DNA of 64,000 nt from Patescibacteria group bacterium (GTDB taxonomy: Bacteria > Patescibacteriota > Gracilibacteria > BD1-5 > UBA2023): assembly GCA_049315825.1 (NCBI GenBank), contig JBMOJK010000005.1, positions 521-64,520 on the forward strand, read 5' to 3'. The position numbers and the translations under genes are program-made. The notes under the pieces are model-generated. The model was not told the origin of the DNA, made no database searches, and saw nothing but the letters and a program-made list of their open reading frames with translations. Positions 21,809-28,905 of this stretch are shown piece by piece (the stretch's first letter is position 1; every line of letters begins with the position of its first letter).

Positions 21809-22147
21809 CTATGCGGCGCGCGGGAGTCCGTAATAGTCAAACCCCTTGAGATCAACCATGGACTTCGTGATGTAGTTCTTCTTTTTTCCTTTCTTAAAGA
21901 ACCCACGATCGTCGAGAATTCCGAGTTCCATGAGCGCCTCAATGTTCTTGGTAGGAAGGCGTTTCGATGGGAAATTCTTCTTGTTCTCGAGGTATCGTTT
22001 GCGACGCTTGAAGCTCGTATTCTTGCGAACCTGTGTATTTTCGTTGCCAATGAAAACAGCATGCGACTGCTTCTTTCCCTTGGCGAGCTTGCGGGCCGCA
22101 GCTTGCTTTTTGACGATGCGAGGTGAAAGTCCGTGTGAATTAGCCAT
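21809..22147 (-). CDS. small highly basic hypothetical protein (112 aa)
   Basis: ATG-to-TAG ORF, Lys/Arg-rich (MANSHGLSPRIVKKQAAARKLAKGKK...). No family recognised. Confidence 0.5.
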   Translation of the reverse strand: MANSHGLSPRIVKKQAAARKLAKGKKQSHAVFIGNENTQVRKNTSFKRRKRYLENKKNFPSKRLPTKNIEALMELGILDDRGFFKKGKKKNYITKSMVDLKGFDYYGLPRAA

Positions 22148-22286
22148 ATTAGCTGTTTGGATTGAATGGTTTTAGGCCTTGGATCGAAAGTCTAACTGCC
22201 GCGATACGAAATGCTAGTTCAATTTCAGCATTCGGATTCCCAGATGGTGCTCCATTATTTGATGACAGCCCTAGAATCCGTCCAAT

Positions 22287-22472
22287 GCGCCCCTGAGTAT
22301 GATCGCTGATTTCTCAAAACTCAGCTTGCGTATTGCGCCCCTGAGTATGATCGCTGATTTCTCAAAACTCAGCTTGCGTATTGCACCCCTGAGTATGATC
22401 GCTGATTTCTCAAAACTCAGCTTGCGTATTGCACCCCTGAGTATGATCGCTGATTTCTCAAAACTCGGCTTG
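22287..22472. repeat. tandem direct repeat, 48-bp unit x about 3.9
   Basis: Units 22287-22334, 22335-22382, 22383-22430 and a partial fourth from 22431: gcgcccctgagtatgatcgctgatttctcaaaactcagcttgcgtatt. Copies 3-4 carry gcac instead of gcgc. Each unit holds the inverted repeat ctgagt..actcag. Confidence 0.9.
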
Positions 22473-22606
22473 TGCAACAGGCTGAACTTTATGCGCACCA
22501 GACTGCTCTTGTATGCACTCAATACCGCGATAATCAAACGGTTGTGTATATTGAATTTCCATGCAAGAATTGTAGTGAATTTTCTGAGAAATTGAAGTCT
22601 GAAAAC

Positions 22607-22632
22607 AAAAAGAATCCTTTCGGAGTCTTTTT
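22607..22632 (-). terminator. intrinsic terminator ending the tRNA-Gly transcription unit
   Basis: aaaaagaatcc-tttc-ggagtcttttt (one mismatch in the stem). 25 of 26 nt identical to the terminator at 25237..25262. Confidence 0.6.
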
Positions 22633-22651
22633 GGGTTGAATGTGAATTGAT

Positions 22652-22750
22652 TGGAGCGGATAATGGGACTCGCCCTCCGGGCGCTTCGGTCGAAAGCCAA
22701 GTTGTTGGCTTTCTATTCCACAAGTGGAATACCTCAGTTCTCATCCCACT
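22652..22750 (-). ncRNA. tRNA-Gly 3-prime-end duplicate with a 77-nt structured insertion in place of the T-loop (function unknown)
   Basis: 23 nt (22650-22672) are identical to the 3-prime end of tRNA-Gly(GCC) at 22769-22791, including T-stem, acceptor 3-prime strand and CCA. The matching 5-prime T-stem strand gtggg is at 22746-22750. The insert has three local hairpins. A terminator follows. Confidence 0.35.
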
Positions 22751-22770
22751 ATTTCAGTGTAAGTACATAT

Positions 22771-22847
22771 TGGAGCGGATAATGGGACTCGAACCCACAA
22801 CGGCCGCCATGGCAAGGCGGTACTCTAGCCAATTGAGCTATATCCGC
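22771..22847 (-). tRNA. tRNA-Gly (anticodon GCC), CCA encoded
   Basis: Acceptor GCGGATA/TATCCGC, anticodon arm CCGCC-TTGCCAT-GGCGG, T arm GTGGG-TTCGAGT-CCCAT, discriminator U73. Confidence 0.9.
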
Positions 22848-22861
22848 GAAAAGAATGAACC

Positions 22862-22940
22862 TGGAGCGAGGGACCGGGTTCGAACCGGCACACCCGAGGG
22901 TTGAAGCCTCAGTACACTCACTCTTTTATGTTACCCTCGC
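22862..22940 (-). tRNA. tRNA-Gly (anticodon UCA), the UGA decoder, CCA encoded
   Basis: Acceptor GCGAGGG/CCCTCGC with G1-C72, C2-G71, G3-C70 and U73 (glycine identity set). Anticodon arm (C)TGAGG-CTTCAAC-CCTCG(G). T arm GCCGG-TTCGAAC-CCGGT. Short variable loop, so not tRNA-Sec. Atypical D arm. Confidence 0.8.
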
Positions 22941-22953
22941 AAAAGGTGGTTGC

Positions 22954-22981
22954 ATTGTAGAAAAGATGAGGTGAAAGTCAA
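22954..22981 (-). promoter_or_regulatory. sigma70-like promoter of the tRNA-Gly(UCA)/tRNA-Gly(GCC) unit
   Basis: Reverse strand: TTGACT, 16-nt spacer, TACAAT. The -10 element ends 13 nt before tRNA position 1. Confidence 0.55.
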
Positions 22982-23101
22982 AGAAACTTCGACTCTTTTT
23001 TAACAAAAAACCACCTATTGATCAGCAGAAAAGCTACATTTCAACAAAATTGACAGTATTATATTTACTCGTATGATCTCAAAAATCCCCAGTAAAACCA
23101 T

Positions 23102-23296
23102 ATGACTCACAGTGGCATATTTCCCATACTCCACGTTCAAAAAAATACGCCCAAAGGAGTGCGCATCGAGGCGGAGTGTCTTGTTGGGCAAATAGATGAT
23201 ACTAATGCACATCAAGCTGTCATCCCTCAGCAAGATGAACTTAAAGAGGAGATACGTAGGCGTTTTGAAATAAATATGCAAATACTCGGATATTAG
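23102..23296 (+). CDS. possible small protein (64 aa)
   Basis: ATG-to-TAG ORF in an AT-rich intergenic region. No homolog recognised. Overlaps a reverse-strand ORF of similar size. Confidence 0.2.
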   Translation: MTHSGIFPILHVQKNTPKGVRIEAECLVGQIDDTNAHQAVIPQQDELKEEIRRRFEINMQILGY

Positions 23297-23401
23297 GAAA
23301 TTGAGTCATTTGGCAGACTTTTTTTATTTCTGGATATACTGCAGTGCATGCAGAACGAACTCCTCGACGAAATACTCTTCACGCTTGAAGCCCGCACGGA
23401 A

Positions 23402-25033
23402 GTGACCACAAAGCAAGATTTTCAAAAGCTTGCGAATGCGATTTACCGTACCTACGATGTAAAATGATCAGTGCCAGGGTTTAAGCTGCTTGAGCGATAT
23501 CGTGCACTCATCGCAGAAGGAAAGCTCACCGAAAAATCCCGTATCATCCGCGTCCTTCGCAAACGTGCCGTTCGCTCACTCTCAGGAGTTGCGGTGATCT
23601 CACTGCTCACGAAGTTCTGGGGATGTCCTGGGAAATGTGTATTTTGCCCAACATTCTCCAATCTTCCGAAGAGTTATGTGCCAAATGAGCCGGCCGTTAT
23701 GCGAGCAGAGCTCAATGACTTCGACCCAGTTCGGCAGGTGCAAAATCGCCTTAGATCCCTCGAACTCACGGGTCACCTCATCGGAAAATGCGACATCCGA
23801 ATCATCGGTGGAACCTGGAGTGTGTACCCGATCGAGTATCAAGAAATGGTGATCCAGAGTATTTATGACGGACACACTACCTTCGAAGATATGAAGGGAT
23901 TTCTCGATGCAAAGGCACATAATTCTGACCGATTCGCGCAATTCAAACTCGACAAGAGCTATGAGATGAAGGCCTCGAAATCCCTCGCAGAAGCCAAGAC
24001 CCGCAATGAAACCGCCACCTCTCGCGTGATCGGGATCGCGATCGAAACTCGACCAGACTGGATTGATGCTACAGAGATCAAGCGACTGTTGAATTATGGG
24101 GTCACGCGTGTGGAGATTGGATACCAGACAACGAACGACGCGATCAACGAGCTCAACAAACGTGGTCACGGAAACCTTGAATCCATGCGCGCTACTCAGA
24201 TGCTCAAGGATGCAGGATTCAAGGTCGTAGCTCACATGATGCCCAATCTTCTCGGATCAAATCCTGATCTCGACCGTGCGAGCATGCAGGAGATATTTGA
24301 GAATCCTGGCTTCAGGCCCGATGAACTCAAGATCTACCCGATGGTGGTCACGGATAAATCGGAGCTCACAGAGATCTGGAAGAACGGCGGTTTTCAGGCG
24401 TATGACGACACCACCCTCATCGATCTCATGGCGGATCTCGAAGCCATGATCCCTGAATACGTCCGACTCAATCGCGCCTACCGCGATATCCCCGCATCCG
24501 AGATCCTTGAGTGATCTAAACTCTCCAATCTTCGGGAGCACACGAGTGCTCGCATGCAGGAGAAATGACTCATTCGTCAGGACATCTCTGCTCGCGAGAT
24601 TCGCGCCAAAGAAAATATCCCAGAGGATGCAACCATCCACGAAGTTTCATACGATGCGAGTGGTGGAAGGGATTATTTCCTCCAGTTTGTAGACCCCGTG
24701 GATCGAACGGTGTTTTCATTGTTGCGCATGCGCATCCCTTCACAGATTTTCACAGGAGAGAAACACTTTATCGAGGACCTCGAAGGTGCGGCGATCATCC
24801 GAGAAGTCCACACCTTCGGCGATCAACTCGCGATCGGTGCGCCTTCGGATGGAAGCGGACAGCACATGGGTTTCGGGAAACGTCTCATCGAACACGCCGA
24901 AACCATAATCCGCAAGCAATATCCCCTGATCCACAAAATCGCTGTGATCTCCGGCGTCGGAGCACGAGGCTACTACCGCAAACGAGGCTACGAACTCGAG
25001 GGGGATTATATGGTGAAATATCTTTCGCGTTAA
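23402..25033 (+). CDS. Elp3-type radical-SAM/GNAT tRNA U34 carboxymethyl-transferase homolog
   Basis: Radical-SAM cluster motif CPGKCVFCP. Core ...VTRVEIGYQTTND..., C-terminal GNAT domain (...HMGFGKRLIEHAE...). Joined across TGA 23465, 24512 and 24566. Start is GTG 23402, or ATG 23347 if a 1-nt frameshift at 23399-23401 is corrected. Confidence 0.85.
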
Positions 25034-25050
25034 AGTTTTAACTACTGTCT

Positions 25051-25224
25051 TCCCACGAAATCGTGTATCCAACATTCCTTGCTGGCTGTGGAACTCGCAG
25101 ACCTTCGTGGTTCGATGTGGGTGGATTCTTGTTCTTGCAGGGGATCACTTTTGAGCCTTTGCTCACACAGCGCAGCGGTCCTCGCGGGCGCGCGGAACCT
25201 TGGATACACGATTTCGTTCTGGGA
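25051..25224 (+). ncRNA. candidate structured ncRNA (unclassified; 6S-like is one hypothesis)
   Basis: 25055-25072 pairs perfectly (18 bp) with 25200-25217. TCCC 25051-25054 pairs with GGGA 25221-25224 across a 3-nt bulge. Inner helices TTCC/GGAA and GCTG-GCTGTG/CACAGC-G-CAGC. G+C-rich interior. A terminator begins 13 nt downstream. Confidence 0.45.
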
Positions 25225-25236
25225 ATTCAGTGGAAT

Positions 25237-25262
25237 AAAAAGACTCCTTTCGGAGTCTTTTT
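25237..25262. terminator. bidirectional intrinsic terminator (Elp3/ncRNA unit versus surface-protein operon)
   Basis: Perfect hairpin aaaaagactcc-tttc-ggagtcttttt. Confidence 0.8.
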
Positions 25263-25275
25263 CTTATCTCAAATA

Positions 25276-28200
25276 TTATTGTGCAATCTTTGCGAGATTG
25301 TATTGATCGAGGTACTGAGAGAGCAGTGGTGGTGGATTCTTGAATGCTCGAGTCGAGTAGTTGATCGTAACACCCGTTGAGAGTGCAGTTGATGCACTCG
25401 TTGCTCGGATGTATGTTCGATCATTTACAAGATCAGCGATATTTGCATTCACGTTTCCATCTACAGCGAGAGGATTGGCAGTTTGACCTGCTCCAACCAT
25501 CTTACCGCTGAGCACGATGTAAACACCGGCAATATCTGTAACAGATGAGGTAACGATAATCGCCTTTCCATCTGCAGAAGCCTGCTTTACAACAAATGCC
25601 CAACTTGCCCCCGGATCAGCATAGGTGATATTTCCACGAATCTCAAGCGTTCCCTGATCGATCACGACCGTCTTCACCCCTGAGAGTGAAATATCTGCAT
25701 TGATCACGATCTTTCCCTTTGGAAGTGTGTAGAGATCAGGACTGTCTCCTACCTTTGAGAGACTGAGTTCAAAGTCAGACTGTGAGTTAATCGTTACCAC
25801 TCGATCTGCTGCAGTAGAAGCAGAAGATGCAAATTTCGAGATAGATGAGTCTTGTGAATCATTACGTCCGATTTCCTTTCCAGCCTGTTCAGCAGTGTTG
25901 GATGAAAGTGAGAATGCTGCATCCTTCGCAGAAGAAGTAACTGTGAAGTTTCCCTTCTTAAGACTATCGAGGAAGCTTTCTGTAATCGTATTAACACTAT
26001 AACCTACTCGACTTCCAACGTAAGCATTTCCTCCTGCTGTATTGCTGACAGCTGATCGGGCAACACGTACTGGGAGTGGTTCGATGAGATAGTTCAGTCC
26101 AACGAAGAAGTTATTCATGCGAACGGCTGAGCCAACAGAAGTTGGTGGATTTACATCTGTGCTTGCCTGTCCTGCAAGGATAGATGATGTATTACCAAGG
26201 AATTTTGTTCCGTTAAAAGCACCATTCTGATCTGCAGTAAAGAGTCGATAGTCACCACAGTTAATCACGGGTGCGTTTTCTCCAAGTTGCATCGTTCCGC
26301 GTCCAATACACGCATCATTGATGCTTCGATAGAGTGACTGCCCAGTGATGAGACCTCCTGGACTATTATTGACGAATCCAGCTGTAAGACCGTTAAGGGC
26401 GATTGGATATTCTGCTCGGATAGAGAATACGTCTCCTGGATTGAATGGATTTACATCGTTTCCGACGATAGCTCGCATATTGGATACAGGAGCTCCGTTG
26501 TAGAGAAGATCGATACCGTTGCCTCCTGGGTTCGTCCATCCAAGTGGACAGTCGAGCGCTCCGCGTGCACATGCACCTGGATTGGTCCATGCAGCTCGAC
26601 AGTTGTTACAGAATCCATTGTTGATTGGCATTCCTCCGTTACTTCCGGCATCACAGGTTTCACCTGCATCAATTCGACCATTTCCACAGAGACCTCCACC
26701 TCCACCTCCTCCTCCGCCACCGCTTCCTCCACCCCCAGGTGGAAGTGGTGCTCCAGTTGAACTAATGATCACTGGGCGCTGACAGTTCGTCGAGTCGGTT
26801 GAATTTTCTACGTAACATGCAATGTTGTATGTTCCTGACTTATTATAGAAACAACTTCCTGCGTTTGCTCCAATCGCTGCCTGACCATTTCCACACTCTA
26901 CACGATAGCTTGGGTTTGGCCCCGCAGTTCCTGCATTCGCGCTACAAACAAATGATACGCGATATCCATTGTCCACTTGGATGTTAGACTGAATTTCAAG
27001 CGATTTACACGCCCCTGGACCTCCACCCCCACCGTTTGAAACAGTTACTGGCACTTGGCAGGCTGCTGGAGTTGGATTAGCTCCGTTTACTACACACGAT
27101 GCTACAAAGTTCCCTGGAGTTGTATATGTACAGTTTCCTGTAGCCGCATTGATCGTTTGACCATTTCCACAACTGATCGCAAATGTTGGATTTGCACCCG
27201 CAGCAGTTCCTGCGATACAAGACATCGCAGAAGTGAGATTTCCTGAAGTAGACGTATTAGGAGTTGCAGTGAGTCGTCCACAGATTCCGGTTCCACCCGC
27301 TGCAAATGTAGCAGTACACACACCACCAACAGCACTTCCATTACATCCCCAAGTATAGGTTACTATACCACCAACTGGAGCACTTTCAGTGAAACCATTC
27401 ACAGTCTGACCTGCTGGACAGAGATTTGGAGTTGTGGCAGTAATTGCAGTGGTAAGTGGGAGGGTAATTGTACCGATCACACAAGCGGGTGCAGATGGAG
27501 TGTATGATGCTGCACAGAGACCTCCAACCTGAGAGCCATTACAGCTCCATGTATAGTTGGTTGTTGCACCAACAGTTGTAGCGGTAAATCCACCAACTGT
27601 TTGACCAGCCGGACAAAGACCAACAGAGGCCGAGGTAAGCGGAGCAGTCTGTGGTCCAGTGGTTGGACCAGGTGTACACGCAAGATTTGCTGGATTGTAG
27701 GTTGCACTACATGTCCCACCAACTGCTGATCCGTTACAGCTCCAAGTATAATTAATACCAGAACCAACATTTACTGCTGTAAAATCACCAACTGTTTGAC
27801 CCGATGGACAAAGTCCGAAAGATGCAGAGGTAAGCGGAGCTGTCGGAGGAAGTGAGATAGGACCTCGCTGACACGCTGGACCAGTTGCTGAATACGTCGC
27901 AGTACATTCACCACCGATCGCACTATTGCCACACGCCCAGAAATAATTCGTTGTATTTCCTGAGATCGTTGATCCAAATCCGACTACTGGCACACCTGCC
28001 TTACAGAGTCCAGGACTTCCTGATGTAATCGGACCTGTTAGCGGAAGTGCAATATTTCCTCGTTCACAGGCGAGTGGTGGTTCAGTGACAACTGTACATT
28101 TTGCGCTACAAGTCGAACCTGGCTTTCCGTTCTGAGCACCTAAGTCACATACTTCGTTATATTTTGAATCGACTACGCCGTCACCACACCAAGTGATTTC

Positions 28201-28641
28201 ATACGATTTACATTCACTATGACTCTCAACAATTGAGCTCTGAACGCCGTTTACTATTGGTGAATACTCAACAACATAGCGAACCGTAAGATTATCCTTT
28301 GCTCGAACAGGAGGGGAGAAAATCACTGGATAACTCGAATCTGTTTCAGCAATAATCCCTGCTTCACCCGACTGTACTACTCCATTTCGACTAAGAATCC
28401 ATGGAGTCCAGGCATAATTAATAGGTGCAGACGAACCGTTATAGTCATATTTCTCATTAAATTCCGGAAAGAAATTGATAACCTGAATCGGGGTACCTGC
28501 TTCATTGGCAAGAGTATCGTTAAAACGATAGCTGTGCCCCACTCGAAGCGTGCCTTCAAATGTCTGATCACAGGTTGCTGCAGATGCAAACGCTGGAAAC
28601 AAAACAAGGAGGAGTCCTGTTAGAATAACCGAATATTTCAT
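25276..28641 (-). CDS. secreted 1121-aa Cys-rich repeat protein (putative surface/adhesion protein)
   Basis: Signal peptide MKYSVILTGLLLVLFPAFASA. Two CGDG/CGNG...C..C Cys-rich motifs. Four repeats of about 65 aa (see 27301..28071). Poly-Gly tract. 400-aa C-terminal domain. Zero in-frame TGA. Stop TAA. Confidence 0.8.
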   Translation of the reverse strand: MKYSVILTGLLLVLFPAFASAATCDQTFEGTLRVGHSYRFNDTLANEAGTPIQVINFFPEFNEKYDYNGSSAPINYAWTPWILSRNGVVQSGEAGIIAETDSSYPVIFSPPVRAKDNLTVRYVVEYSPIVNGVQSSIVESHSECKSYEITWCGDGVVDSKYNEVCDLGAQNGKPGSTCSAKCTVVTEPPLACERGNIALPLTGPITSGSPGLCKAGVPVVGFGSTISGNTTNYFWACGNSAIGGECTATYSATGPACQRGPISLPPTAPLTSASFGLCPSGQTVGDFTAVNVGSGINYTWSCNGSAVGGTCSATYNPANLACTPGPTTGPQTAPLTSASVGLCPAGQTVGGFTATTVGATTNYTWSCNGSQVGGLCAASYTPSAPACVIGTITLPLTTAITATTPNLCPAGQTVNGFTESAPVGGIVTYTWGCNGSAVGGVCTATFAAGGTGICGRLTATPNTSTSGNLTSAMSCIAGTAAGANPTFAISCGNGQTINAATGNCTYTTPGNFVASCVVNGANPTPAACQVPVTVSNGGGGGPGACKSLEIQSNIQVDNGYRVSFVCSANAGTAGPNPSYRVECGNGQAAIGANAGSCFYNKSGTYNIACYVENSTDSTNCQRPVIISSTGAPLPPGGGGSGGGGGGGGGGLCGNGRIDAGETCDAGSNGGMPINNGFCNNCRAAWTNPGACARGALDCPLGWTNPGGNGIDLLYNGAPVSNMRAIVGNDVNPFNPGDVFSIRAEYPIALNGLTAGFVNNSPGGLITGQSLYRSINDACIGRGTMQLGENAPVINCGDYRLFTADQNGAFNGTKFLGNTSSILAGQASTDVNPPTSVGSAVRMNNFFVGLNYLIEPLPVRVARSAVSNTAGGNAYVGSRVGYSVNTITESFLDSLKKGNFTVTSSAKDAAFSLSSNTAEQAGKEIGRNDSQDSSISKFASSASTAADRVVTINSQSDFELSLSKVGDSPDLYTLPKGKIVINADISLSGVKTVVIDQGTLEIRGNITYADPGASWAFVVKQASADGKAIIVTSSVTDIAGVYIVLSGKMVGAGQTANPLAVDGNVNANIADLVNDRTYIRATSASTALSTGVTINYSTRAFKNPPPLLSQYLDQYNLAKIAQ
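27301..28071 (-). repeat. four tandem ~65-aa four-cysteine modules inside the 1121-aa protein
   Basis: Protein residues 191-447: AC.(R)G...LP.T.P(I/L)TS.S.GLC.AG..V.GF......G..TNY.W.C(N)GS..GG.C.A.Y repeated four times. Confidence 0.75.
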
Positions 28642-28650
28642 GGAAATGTA

Positions 28651-28878
28651 TTAGGGTTTGAGGCTCTTTGGGCCAGAGACTTTAGTGCTACCGGAATCCT
28701 GGGCTGTACCGAGCACAGGTGTAACACCTCCTACTTCGACTACGCCCTGGGATTTTTCTTCGGTTTGTCCTGCGATCTCAGCCTTCTGTGCTGGTGATTT
28801 AGACATAACGAAGTATATGCATACACCAAGAATCGCAAGTGCCAAGAGCGCAAGAACTACAATATATGATTTTTTCAT
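28651..28878 (-). CDS. small single-pass membrane protein (75 aa)
   Basis: MKKSYIVVLALLALAILGVCIYFV TM helix then a polar tail. 9 nt upstream of the 1121-aa gene and 27 nt after the 1311-aa gene. Confidence 0.5.
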   Translation of the reverse strand: MKKSYIVVLALLALAILGVCIYFVMSKSPAQKAEIAGQTEEKSQGVVEVGGVTPVLGTAQDSGSTKVSGPKSLKP

Positions 28879-28905
28879 AGGAAAAATGATGAAAAGTGGC
28901 TATTC

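Noticed and set aside
22287-22472. CRISPR array.
   Set aside because: The 48-bp units abut directly with no unique spacers. There are no cas genes in the window. The unit is longer than typical CRISPR repeats.
22271-22744. 157-aa reverse ORF and 98-aa forward ORF (22299..22595) encoding a 16-residue repeated peptide.
   Set aside because: They are open only because the 48-bp unit lacks stops in those frames. The reverse ORF would have to run through the tRNA-like element and an intrinsic terminator. There is no start context.
22652-22750. tmRNA (ssrA) or its acceptor piece.
   Set aside because: The acceptor sequence has G3-C70, not the G3-U70 alanine identity. There is no matching 5-prime acceptor strand, tag reading frame or pseudoknot region. 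A terminator follows immediately, and tRNA-Gly(GCC) occupies the space where the 5-prime part would lie.
24565-25041. 158-aa Arg-rich ORF.
   Set aside because: It is an off-frame overlap of the Elp3 GNAT domain.
25051-25224. MITE-like element, with the terminal inverted repeats explaining the 18-bp complementarity.
   Set aside because: Complementarity continues beyond the repeat across a bulge and inward through several helices. There are no flanking direct target-site duplications and no second copy in the window. A structured RNA is the better fit, but the MITE idea is not excluded.
26519-26782. Pro-rich 87-aa ORF.
   Set aside because: It is antisense to the poly-Gly linker of the 1121-aa protein (GGN read as NCC).
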